Part shown: positions 1 through 9,986 of the stretch, piece by piece
Numbering within the stretch: the first letter of the stretch is position 1
Layout: every line of letters begins with the position of its first letter
DNA from: Diplonema japonicum
Taxonomy: Eukaryota > Protista > Euglenozoa: Diplonemea
Assembly (NCBI GenBank): GCA_964019335.1
Contig: OZ025736.1
Location: 62,001-126,000, forward strand
DNA length: 64,000 bases
Direction: 5' to 3'
Made by a program: the position numbers and the translations under genes
Notes under the pieces: generated by a model
The model's input: only the letters and a program-made list of their open reading frames with translations
What the model was told of the DNA's origin: nothing
The model's database searches: none

Positions 1-327
1 CGAGATGCCGGCGTAGGCGTGGTACTTCATGACGTCAGGTGGTGGGACGGGGGGGGCTTCCCGTGCTGGCACCAGCTCGTTGGCGACGTCGAAGCCGCCG
101 AACACGTCTCTGACCGCTGAGACAAGACGCCCGTCTTTCGTCTTGAGCCTGATCACCAAGCCCTTCACCTCGCCTCCGCAGCTTTGGCAGTACCTGCTGC
201 ATTCGTTGCAGCACGCTCCGCATGACCTGCACTTCTTACTCTTTGCACTCCGGTCCGTATGTTCCCCGCATACCCCGCAATAGACCCACCAGGCTTTGTG
301 TTCCGTTCCGCAGCTGTAACATTTCAT
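1..327 (-). CDS. Double zinc-ribbon (CxxC x4) protein, 3'-truncated by window edge
   Basis: ATG at 327 reads MKCYSCG...YCGVCG...KCRSCG...YCQSCGGEV... and stays open to position 1. Not in the ORF track because it has no stop in the window. Confidence 0.75.
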   Translation of the reverse strand, partial: MKCYSCGTEHKAWWVYCGVCGEHTDRSAKSKKCRSCGACCNECSRYCQSCGGEVKGLVIRLKTKDGRLVSAVRDVFGGFDVANELVPAREAPPVPPPDVMKYHAYAGIS

Positions 328-528
328 GGCTGGGAGTATAGATAGATTACCCCACCCCACCCCACCCCCCCTTTTTTTCTTTTCTCTTTTCCCGTTATAA
401 GAATCTTTAAAACTGTGGGGAGAATGGGGGGATGATATAAAGGGGGGGGGGGGGGGGGGGTCACATGGGTGGTAAAGTGGGTTTTTTCAAATTCGGAAAT
501 GCAGTACACTGGAGCCGCTTAAACCATG

Positions 529-1000
529 TAAAACGCCCCTTTCTCGACCAAAAAAATCGATTTCCGCCCGGTACTTTTTACTTTTGGGCACCTACAAGGC
601 ATTATTTTGCATTTTTAAAACTGGTGACCACGGTTTGGTACCTGGCCTGTTGTCTCCCCTGTAGTTTCTGAGTTTTCTGAAAATTTTAGAATTTGACCAT
701 GGTTTGTTCCACCCTTTGAACGCGGCTCTTTAGGACGCCGCTACCGTTTGAACGGCAGAGTACTGTCTTACATTGTCCGATTGTGAACTTCTCTATATTT
801 TGCGCGGCATTTCTGATGAATATCTATCATTTCCCCGAGGTTAGGATGGTAAGTTTGTTTTTGCAAATATTTTAGGTACCAAACCGTGGTCACTGTTTTT
901 CAAAAATACAGATAAAGCATTAACAAGTGCCCAGAAATGCTCTAATCCGGCGAATTTTGATTTTTTGGTTAATTTGGAGGGTATTGGGCGGTTTTTTTTA
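529..1000. mobile_element. MITE-like element with ~115-125 bp imperfect terminal inverted repeats
   Basis: 529-642 is homologous to the reverse complement of 875-1000. They share gtgaccacggtttggtacc/ggtaccaaaccgtggtcac plus accaaaaaaatc and gggcac blocks. No coding capacity. Exact ends uncertain. Confidence 0.65.
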
Positions 1001-1039
1001 CCTTAGGGGGAAAAAATTTAGGAAAGACACCGCGTCCCC

Positions 1040-1972
1040 TTAGTTCACGATGTATTTGTGAATGGACTCAACAACCTCCAGGTTCTCGCTTTGTTCGGGG
1101 TAGGCAAGGGGGACAGGGGTGACCCATTCCGTGCTCATCCCAAGCTCCTCCAGCGTGTTCTCGAGAGATGGTACGACAATGATGATGGTGTTGGGTTTGA
1201 GCGTGTCCTTGATGGTGGCCCACGCGCGGATTTGATCCTCTTTTGAGAGGAAGAATTCAAAAACATTGTTGAATATGGCGATGTTGGCGTTCTGGAGGAG
1301 GTGGAGCCCTTCTTTAAACGCGTCTCCTTCTACGATATCGATGGGGGAGGGGAGGGCTGCGGAGAAATTGCGGACGGTCTCGCGTTGAACATTGCAGAAG
1401 AATTTGCTCATTTCGACACCGGAGATCCGGGAAAACTGCTTTCCATAGTACAGGCTTGCATAGTAGAGTAGAATACCAGTGCGGGAACCTACATCTACGA
1501 AATTCTTCCCACAAACCTCTTCGCGGGTCAGAACTTTTTCAAAGATAAATTCCATCGCGTCTATCGGAAGAGAATGCGAGTGAAGCAGCAGTTCATCGAC
1601 ATCACGCGAGCCGCATTGCTTGCAGAAGTTTGTCGAGATTTTTCCGGCTTTCACCAAATCTTCAACATCATCTTCGTCGTACAAAAACAAGTCCAGGTGC
1701 ATGGAGTTCTCGTCTGTTGAGGTTTTGAACGCACCGCCTTCAGGAAGGTTCACCTTCTCATCCCCCGCCTCCCCGGACAACGGTACCAGATCCTTCACAA
1801 AGGCTTTGATGTCCATGACCACCGCCTCCCGCTCTGCTGCGTCCTCGTCGATTTCCTCAACCAGATGGCCCACCAACTCCCTCAGCCTTTTCCTGTCAAG
1901 CCCCTCAGGCACTCCATTGATAATCCCTTCAATTCGCATAAAGGCCTCTGCCACATGTGGGGGTGCGTCCAT
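1040..1972 (-). CDS. Class I SAM-dependent methyltransferase-like protein
   Basis: Motif I-like FVDVGSRTG, acidic motif GVE, DIVEGDA, IFNNVFEFF and an upstream CKQC knuckle. Confidence 0.8.
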   Translation of the reverse strand: MDAPPHVAEAFMRIEGIINGVPEGLDRKRLRELVGHLVEEIDEDAAEREAVVMDIKAFVKDLVPLSGEAGDEKVNLPEGGAFKTSTDENSMHLDLFLYDEDDVEDLVKAGKISTNFCKQCGSRDVDELLLHSHSLPIDAMEFIFEKVLTREEVCGKNFVDVGSRTGILLYYASLYYGKQFSRISGVEMSKFFCNVQRETVRNFSAALPSPIDIVEGDAFKEGLHLLQNANIAIFNNVFEFFLSKEDQIRAWATIKDTLKPNTIIIVVPSLENTLEELGMSTEWVTPVPLAYPEQSENLEVVESIHKYIVN

Positions 1973-2280
1973 AATTCCCCGGAGTCCCTCCTTTATAAAT
2001 TACTGAAGGCAAAAAAAAATGGATGCAAGGGGGGTTGAAGGTGAGATGGTATTGTATCGGGGGGATGCAACAAGACAGCGAATAATGGGAGGAGGGGGGG
2101 AAAAAAATCGAGAAAAAAAAAAAAAAACCTTCCCCCCTCCCCCCACACCGGTGGAGGTGTTGTTAAAAAAAAAGGGGGATAAAAAATGGTACACAAAAAT
2201 AAGGGAGGGGGGAGGAACAAATACAATAATTAAATAAAAAAAAAAACACTACTTTTTTCTTCGTTTTTTTTTTTTTTTTT

Positions 2281-4553
2281 TCACATGATGTCGCAGCATT
2301 GTTCATTCTTGACCTCCCGCTGGTCCTTTTTGGGAAGCTTCTCAACTTTTTTTACGTTCGGGCTTTGCGGAGAAACCTTCGGAGGGGGTATCAAAAACAA
2401 TGTGTTTTTCGAGGGATGCGCCGTGCGTGACAGCAACGCGAAATCGTCAACATCGACAGGATTCTGGTTCAGCCGAACCAAGTGCCATCCAAGATACCCT
2501 TTCGCCGCCTGCGTACGTGTCGCCCTCAACACGTTGCCAGTAAAGGAAAGCCCCGCAGTTTCAAGACTGCCACTGAGCTGCAACACCGCCTCATCAGGGA
2601 TAAAAACTGCAGGATAGTGGGTGGGTGGGATATTAGTAACGTCCTTCCCTTCAATTTGCTGCCATTTCCCGACGAGTTTCTTCGAGGAAGCCTTCCAGTC
2701 CGACGTGCTTCCGGTCGTGTTCATTCTCCACAACCCCAACGAATAATATATAATAGCTGCTTCCGCTTGCTTTTTGAACTTTGCTCTGACCTGGTTCTTG
2801 GTGTCGTTGTCAGTGAGCCTTGCTCTGCCGTACACCCCGTTCAGCTCTGGTACACTGTCCGTCACTACCAACGAGGTTTGATTCAGCCCAAGAGCAACGT
2901 CGTTCTCCCGCATGAGGATCAAGTCCAGTTCTCTTTGAGACGGGACGGGTTCGCCGTTTACGTACACCACTCTCATCCCCAAACCCTTTTCGATGTTGCT
3001 CCTCGAAGCTGGGCTGTTCATCTCCACGGACTCGAGGACGAGGCTTTGGGTCACCAGGCCTGATACAGTATCGTCGTCTTTGTGTAGAAGCAAGTCGAGT
3101 TCCTGTTTGTGATATGGATGGGTTTGCAGTGAAACAGATAAAAAAGCCATACCGCTTTCGACGGGCTGACGTCTTGCCGTGGTGTGGCTGCTATGTTGGT
3201 GTTGCCAACGGTTTCCCCTACAGGCATGAATGAGTTCGCCCTGTTCCTTGTTGTTGGTGTTGCGGGTGCGCCTCGTCCCCGCCCCCTTCCCGATGCTACT
3301 GAAGGCGGTGTCACATCACCCACTCCCCGTCCAGCAGGGACTATGAAGCTCTGTCGCAGCGGTGGGGTTGCGTTCGTCTGTTCCTCTGCTGCGATCCCCA
3401 CTTGCACCTCCTCCACATCCCGAACCACCTCCGCCGGGGGTTCCTCAGCAGGCGGTGGAATGGGTAGCTCGTCTGGCGTTTCCACCTTCACTTGCGGCAT
3501 CGTCGTCATCATCACCTCCTTAGGCGTTTCGGGCGTTTTCGGTGTCACTGGATCTTCACCTTCGGTAGGCGCTCTTGCCCTTTCTGCCGATTCCATCAAC
3601 TTGCTGTCCACGGCCTCTGCTGTCAGAGGGGACCCACCACGAAGTGGGGACGGCGACGATGGCTCAGAAGGGGGCGTGCTGGGCTGTTGAAAGTGTGTAA
3701 CCATTTTTGTTTTCTTCTTTTTCGATACCCCGTGGCCATGGTCCCAGGGGGGTTCCGTCTCCTGGGCCCGTGCTTCATGTTGAACCTCTTCTCGAGGGGC
3801 TTGGCTGACCTTTTGAGATAGATGTTGAGGTGGGGCGACTTTCCGCAACGAGGTTTCTGCAGGCGGCGGCACAGGGTCTGGCTCTTCCGAGCAGACAGAA
3901 GGTTGCGGGGGAGTGGGTTGGGGGGCGAAGGGCGGGGTGAGGGTAGGGGTGGGTTCAGCTTTCGGTTTCGAGGATCTTCGAGAGATGAGGGGCGGGGCCG
4001 GGGGGGTGGGGGAGACGAGTTCGCTAGAGCGGTCTTTAGGGGTGTTGTGGGTGCTGTTTCTTTTCGCGGTTTGTTTCCGCCGTTCGAGTGCGATGGGGGC
4101 GTGCTGGAGGGCTAGCTCAAGTGCGGATAAAGGACACTCGAGACGGGGAGGATCGAATCGTATGTCCTCATCACTAGGAGGAGTTCCCGGTGAGTCAGGC
4201 GACGCTGTGCGTAACGGCGTCATCACCCTTCTGTGAGGAGAGAGAGACCGCCGGTTGCTCCAATACCCATACTGTGCCATGAGCTCTGCAGACCTTTGTC
4301 GCTCGGGGGAGACATTCATCTTTGTCTTTGACTCCACACTTGGATACAAGGGACTCGGTGCTGGCGGACTTACTATAGGTGTCACCACAGGAGGCCGTGA
4401 CCTCCACACCCCATCTAGCACAGGGGACCCCTCACCCGGACCAGGACTGTTTTCCACAATCTCCAATATTCCCGCAAGATGCTCCTTGTGTTCCCCTAGC
4501 TGCCTTCTTAGGAGCTTCACGATTTCTATTTCATTTGGCTCGTCGGCTTCCAT
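2281..4553 (-). CDS. Pro-rich protein with C-terminal PDZ-like segments and CaaX end (CCDIM); one intron 3103-3152
   Basis: A 50-nt GTATGG...ACAG intron joins ORF 3051-4553 (..SKA) in phase 0 to ORF 2281-3150 (ELDLLL..). GMRVVYVNGEPV is PDZ-like. Terminal CDIM fits CaaX. Confidence 0.7.
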
Positions 4554-4968
4554 CTTTTTTTTTTTTTTTTTTTTTCCCTTCAGGGGTTCTTTTTTTTCTT
4601 CTTTTTTTCTCTTTGTTGTTTTTTTTTTTTTTAAAATTTATTGTACTGCTTTTACAGCATATGTGTATGTGACGGGAAGGGGTGGGAGGGGGTCTCGTCC
4701 TGGAGTGAAAAAAATATTATTTTCTTTTTGAAAAATCAAAAGGTACAGGAGGGGGAAATAAACAAAAGAAAAAAAAATATGTGTACTTGGTTTCTTTAGT
4801 GGGAAAATGCAGAATGTGCCCTACTACGTCCAGTGGTCGCAGTAAGTAAAGGGGGGGAAGGCTTCCTAAAGGCGTTCCGCAAAGAAGCATTGAGACAAAA
4901 AAAGAAAATCACTATGATAGGAACGAAGTGGTAGCAACAGCCCGCCCAAAAAAATAAAGAGGGAAAAA

Positions 4969-5009
<41 letters not shown>

Positions 5010-5020
<11 letters not shown>

Positions 5021-5332
5021 TTAAAGGAGGCCGGTGTTGGCGGCGCCCTGCACAAGAACTGTCTACTTGATTACAGGGGGCGCACCGCGGCCGAGTTGTA
5101 GCTTCTTCTGCGTTCCGCGTCGTGTCCTTAATGCGTGCGGTGTACAGCTCAACCCCAGCCGGTGCGTCCAGGGTAACCAAGATTCTGCGCTCGTGCAGTT
5201 TGCTGCCTGTTCGTCACCCTGAGCATCTGCATTATGTTCTTCCACTCGGGCGCTACCGGTGATGACCGACGAGGAGGTCAACAGCGAACAACACATCTGA
5301 TCTTTTTCTTATATTTTCATGTTATCCCCACC
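5010..5332 (-). mobile_element. ~320-bp dispersed repeat (SINE/non-LTR 3'-end-like), copy 1
   Basis: Near-identical to 46017-46338. On the minus strand it ends in ...cctcctttaactca followed by a (TA)n tail. Confidence 0.75.
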
Positions 5333-5435
5333 ACCTTTAAAAAAAAAAAAGACATTTAAGGGTACCTGCGGTATGTGACAGGACGCCTAAAAAAAAATGC
5401 GACTTGATTATAGTGGAGAAATGTTGGATGCTAAA

Positions 5436-5775
5436 CACATCCAACACCCTTGAAGCCTCCCAAATCCCTGTGGTCCCGTAGAAAGTAAAAGTGGAGAGGT
5501 AAAGAAAGCTCAGTGTTGAGCAAATAAAGAAAGTGAAGAGGTAAAGAAAGCTTTGCTTTGAAGGGAGAGGGGCCACAGAGGCATTGAGACAAAAAAAAAA
5601 AGAAAAAAAAAAAAACTCACATGAAAAGAAAAAAAAGGAGGGGGAAAAAATGCGACTTTTAGAAAATAAAATTTTAGTGGGGAAATGTAGGATGCGACAC
5701 ATCCAACACCCTTGAAGCCTCCCAAGTCCCTGTGGTCCCGTAGAAAGTAAAAGTGGAGAGGTAAAGAAAGCTCAG
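5436..5775. repeat. Direct repeat of ~78 bp (5436-5513 and 5698-5775)
   Basis: acatccaacacccttgaagcctccca..gtaaagaaagctcag occurs twice about 262 bp apart, downstream of the first PARP gene. Confidence 0.85.
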
Positions 5776-5906
5776 ATTTGAAAATAGAGAGAGGGACCAC
5801 AGAAGCACTTCGAGTTTAAAAAGAAAAATACTCTCACATCGGGGATAGTAAAAGTGGAGAGAATGTAAAAAGAAAAAAAAAGAAAAAAAAAGGGGGGGGG
5901 AACGTC

Positions 5907-7160
5907 TCAAGCAGTGTAAGTAATTAGATACTCAGGGTAGCCTCGACCATTGGAATAAACCATGTAAACCTGTGTGCCGGCCGTGATGCCTGAAACAGAG
6001 TCATATCTACGAACAGAATCTTGCGCGCCGGACTTAACACAAGGGGGAATCACAAGGCTCGAATCTGTGTTCTTTCCATAATCCTTGCAGTTTCCAACCA
6101 AAACAGTGGCAAGGAGCATCTGTTTGTGTGTTGGAGCTGCCGGATCACTAGTTGCATAGGAGTGTGAGTAGCTAGCTGTGGTGGAAAAGTAGGTTGCGCG
6201 ACCCCAAAGACCATTGTTTGCGAACCTTGTGTCAAAGCCGTCTTGGCCGTCGTAGATAAGCTTCGGTTGGGCCCGACCCGTTCCGTGAAATAGTTTGGCG
6301 GTTCTGACCGTGACCCCGTTGTTGGCCTCCATTCTCTTCTTCTCGCTTACAAAGTAAGCCCACAGCATTTTGTTCTGTATTCTTGTAACGCTCACGATCT
6401 TTGCCTTTGTCATCGTCTTACTGAACGCATTGGCCACGGAGTCGTACTCCTTGCTCCCTTGGGGGATGTCCACCTCCTCCAGGTTATTCTTTTGCGGTTT
6501 CCACGTTTTCGGATACGGTGAAACGGCTTTGACGTGCGCGAACTCACATTTTGCCCCCGCTTTGCAATCCCCCGCTGCGTAAAATATGCAGATTTGTTTC
6601 GGGATTGGTGCTGCCACTTTTCTTTTGTCTTCCAAGCTGTGCGGAAACTCACATTTTGCCCCCGCTTTGCAATTCCCTGCTGCGTAATATCTGCAGATTT
6701 TCTTCTGGGTTTGTTCTGTTGGTTTTCCTTTGTCTTCCAAGCTGTGCGGAAACTCACATTTTGCTCCCGCTTTGCAATCCCCTGCTGCATAATATCTGCA
6801 GATTTTCTTCAGAGCCGGTTCTGGTACCTTTTTATTCTCTTCTATGCTGTGCGGAAACTCACATTTTGCTCCGGCTTTGCAATCCCCTGCTGCGTAATAT
6901 CTGCAGATCTTCTTCTGAGCTGGTTCTGGTACTTTTTTTTTCTCTTCTAAGATGTGCGCGTACTCGCACGTCCACGCTTTGCACTTCCCTGTTGAGAAAA
7001 ACCGGCAGATTTCTTTCTGTGCTGGTTCAGCTGCTTTCCCCTTTTTTTCTAAGATGTGTGCGAACTCGCACTTGGCCCCCGCCGTGCACTCCCCTGCTGC
7101 ATAATATCTGCAGATTCTTTTCTGTGTTGGCCCTGCTACTGGTTTGGCACCGTTAGACAT
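5907..7160 (-). CDS. Six CCCH zinc fingers + PARP catalytic domain (ZAP/PARP12-like mono-ADP-ribosyltransferase), copy A
   Basis: Repeated C-x7-C-x5-C-x3-H units (one is C-x7-C-x4-C-x3-H). ART motifs RIQN, LFHGT, GRATYFS, YDSV and YPEYLITY. Confidence 0.92.
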   Translation of the reverse strand: MSNGAKPVAGPTQKRICRYYAAGECTAGAKCEFAHILEKKGKAAEPAQKEICRFFSTGKCKAWTCEYAHILEEKKKVPEPAQKKICRYYAAGDCKAGAKCEFPHSIEENKKVPEPALKKICRYYAAGDCKAGAKCEFPHSLEDKGKPTEQTQKKICRYYAAGNCKAGAKCEFPHSLEDKRKVAAPIPKQICIFYAAGDCKAGAKCEFAHVKAVSPYPKTWKPQKNNLEEVDIPQGSKEYDSVANAFSKTMTKAKIVSVTRIQNKMLWAYFVSEKKRMEANNGVTVRTAKLFHGTGRAQPKLIYDGQDGFDTRFANNGLWGRATYFSTTASYSHSYATSDPAAPTHKQMLLATVLVGNCKDYGKNTDSSLVIPPCVKSGAQDSVRRYDSVSGITAGTQVYMVYSNGRGYPEYLITYTA

Positions 7161-7330
7161 ATTCTTTTTATTTTCTTTTCCGTTTTGTTTACCCTGTTTT
7201 TCTTTTCCTTGTCTTTTCCTTTTTTTTTTCCCCCCATGCTGAATTTAGAAAACGAAGAGGGGGGAAAGAGGGCTTTAAAAAAAAAAAAAAAAAAAAAAAA
7301 ACAAACAAAAAAGAACAAATCGATCTTTTA

Positions 7331-7517
7331 ACGTCAAGGTGACAAGTCAAACGGCGCTCAGCACGACCACCACAGTCGGCTCCCAGAAGCCAAATGCGAT
7401 ATCCATGTTACCCCTGTTTTGAAAGGTCTAGTTGCTCTGACGCTTGGTGGTGTGACATGCACCAGTCATTCTGGCAGACTTCCCTGAAATGACTCGCTTA
7501 AACCCGTCTTGCTGCTC
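7331..7517. repeat. Dispersed repeat with conserved ends, related to 45665-45931
   Basis: Shares acgtcaa.gtgac..aagtc...gcgctc at the left and cagacttccctgaaatgactcgctt...acccgtc...ttgctgc at the right with 45665-45931. Confidence 0.55.
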
Positions 7518-8313
7518 TCTGAAAAAAGAAAGTATGAAGATACTTCGGGGACGTGGGAGTACGTACGACCCCGGCAGTCCCTATAACAAAAAAAAAACTC
7601 AAAGTACAAGACAAGCCCTCCGCTAGAGGACCGCCCTATGGGAGGGGGGCCCTACTAAATCCTGAGGACGCAGTAAGTAAAAGGAGAAAGACACTTCCTC
7701 AGGCCGTTTTTAGTGCTTGCGAAGAGCTCCAAGCGGTACCTCAATCAGGTCATCAACAAGTAGTTATCAGGCAGCTCACTGTTAAAATTAATAAACTATA
7801 AGAAGAAAGCTTGAAATAAATAAAAGAAAAAAATAACAGCAATAAAAAATAAATAAAAATGAAATTTGATTTTAGTGGTAACACCAGAGCCAGGTGAGAC
7901 CACCTCAACTTGTTCGATGTAATGGATAACTTGTACATCTAGAGAGCGTGAGTTACTGAAAGAAAAACTCGATAAAATTTCAGTGGCATGGAGGGGGGGG
8001 GGGGGGGGGGGTGCTCACTGTGAAAAAGAATAAAAAGAAAAAAGAGCAAAAATATGCCAACCGCACTACGTTGAGGTGTGTGGTGTCATCTTAAGGCGAT
8101 GCCAAGGGAGGGCTTCATGTACCGGGTCTTGAATACTGTAAAAAAATAAATAAAAAAAAATGAAAAAGCGTTGGACTGCCAAATGTATGAGCTAGCTGTC
8201 CGGACATTTCTCACTTTCTTTTACAGAAACAAGGTATGAAAACAAATTAGTAAAGGTTGCAAAATATGTTTATTTCAAAATACGGGGGAGGAGGGGGGAA
8301 GGGGGAGAAAAGC

Positions 8314-9726
8314 TCAAGCAGTGTAAGTAATTAGATACTCAGGGTAGCCTCGACCATTGGAATAAACCATGTAAACCTGTGTGCCGGCCGTGATGCCTGA
8401 AACAGAGTCATATCTACGAACAGAATCTTGCGTACTGGAGTCAACGCAAGGGGGAATCACAAGGCTCGAATCTGTATTCGTTCCATAATCCTTGCAGTTT
8501 CCAACCAAAACAGTGGCAAGGAGCATCTGCTTGTGTCCTGGGGCTGCCGGAGCATAGGAGTGTGAGTAGCTAGCTTTGGTGGAGAAGTAGGTTGCGCGAC
8601 CCCAAAGACCATTGTTTGCGAACCTTGTGTCAAAGCCGTCTTGGCCGTCGTAGATAAGCTTCGGTTGGGCCCGACCCGTTCCGTGAAATAGTTTGGCGGT
8701 TCTGACCGTGACCCCGTTGTTGGCCTCCATTCTCTTCTTCTCGCTTACAAAGTAAGCCCACAGCATTTTGTTCTGTATTCTTGTAACGCTCACGATCTTT
8801 GCCTTTGTCATCGTCTTACTGAACGCATTGGCCACGGAGTCGTACTCCTTGCTCCCTTGGGGGATGTCCACCTCCTCCAGGTTATTCTTTTGCGGTTTCC
8901 ACGTTTTCGGATACGGTGAAACGGCTTTGACGTGCGCGAACTCACATTTTGCCCCCGCTTTGCAATCCCCTGCTGCGTAAAATATGCAGATTGCTGCCAC
9001 TTTTCCTTTGTCTTCCAAGCTGTGCGGAAACTCACATTTTGCCCCCGCTTTGCAATTCCCTGCTGCGTAATATCTGCAGATTTTCTTCAGAGCCGGTTCT
9101 GGTACCTTTTTATTCTCTTCTATGCTGTGCGGAAACTCACATTTTGCCCCGGCTTTGCAATCCCCTGCTGCATAAAATTTGCAGATTTGCTTCGGGATTG
9201 CCACTCTTCCTTTGTCTTCCAAAATGTGCGAAAACTCACATATCGCTCCCGCTTTGCAATCCCCTGCCGCATAAAATTTGCAGATTTGTTTCGGGGTTGC
9301 CACTTTTCTGTTCTGTTCTAAGTAGTGCGAAAACTCACATTTTGCTTCGGCTTTGCAATCCCCTGCTGCATAATATCTGCAGATTTGTTTCGGGGTTGGT
9401 TTTGCAATTTTCCCGTTCCTTTGTAAGCTGTGCGGGAACTCACATTTTGCTCCGGCTTTGCAATCCCCTGCTGCGTAATATCTGCAGATCTTCTTCTGAG
9501 CTGGTTCTGGTACTTTTTTCTCCTCTAGGCTGTGCGCGTACTCGCACTTGGTCCCCGCTTTGCACTTCCCTGTTGAGAAAAACCGGCAGATTTCTTTCTG
9601 TGTTGGTTCAGCTGCTTTTCCCTTGTCTTCTAAGATGTGTGCGAACTCACACTTGGCCCCCGCCGTGCAGTTTCCTTTCTGTGTTGGTTCTGCTGTTGGC
9701 TTGTCACCGTTAGTCGTATTCCCCAT
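8314..9726 (-). CDS. Seven intact + one truncated CCCH zinc fingers + PARP catalytic domain, copy B
   Basis: Tandem paralog of 5907-7160. The PARP domain is almost identical while the finger array differs. Confidence 0.92.
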   Translation of the reverse strand: MGNTTNGDKPTAEPTQKGNCTAGAKCEFAHILEDKGKAAEPTQKEICRFFSTGKCKAGTKCEYAHSLEEKKVPEPAQKKICRYYAAGDCKAGAKCEFPHSLQRNGKIAKPTPKQICRYYAAGDCKAEAKCEFSHYLEQNRKVATPKQICKFYAAGDCKAGAICEFSHILEDKGRVAIPKQICKFYAAGDCKAGAKCEFPHSIEENKKVPEPALKKICRYYAAGNCKAGAKCEFPHSLEDKGKVAAICIFYAAGDCKAGAKCEFAHVKAVSPYPKTWKPQKNNLEEVDIPQGSKEYDSVANAFSKTMTKAKIVSVTRIQNKMLWAYFVSEKKRMEANNGVTVRTAKLFHGTGRAQPKLIYDGQDGFDTRFANNGLWGRATYFSTKASYSHSYAPAAPGHKQMLLATVLVGNCKDYGTNTDSSLVIPPCVDSSTQDSVRRYDSVSGITAGTQVYMVYSNGRGYPEYLITYTA

Positions 9727-9986
9727 TTAATTTTATTTTTCCGCTTTCCCCCCTGTTTTTTTCTTTTTTTTCCCCATGCTGAATTCAGAAAACATGAAGA
9801 GGGGGGAAAGAGGGCTAAAAAAAAAAAAAAAAAAAAAAAAAAAGTATGATGATAATACGGGAGTGGGAGGGGAAGGGGAAGATATTTGATACACCACTGT
9901 TTTTTCTTCTTTTCTTTTCTTTTTTTTTTTTTTTTTTTTTTTTATAAATTTTCTTTTTCTTTTTCTTTTTCTTTCCCCCCCCCCTT

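Noticed and set aside
5063-5296. 77-aa ORF duplicated at 46068-46301
   Set aside because: Lies wholly inside a dispersed repeat and has no recognisable domain; conservation reflects recent copying.
7660-7703. Hammerhead ribozyme suggested by CTGAGGA...GAAA
   Set aside because: No stem II/III pairing fits the core; cctgagga simply pairs with the downstream tcctcagg.
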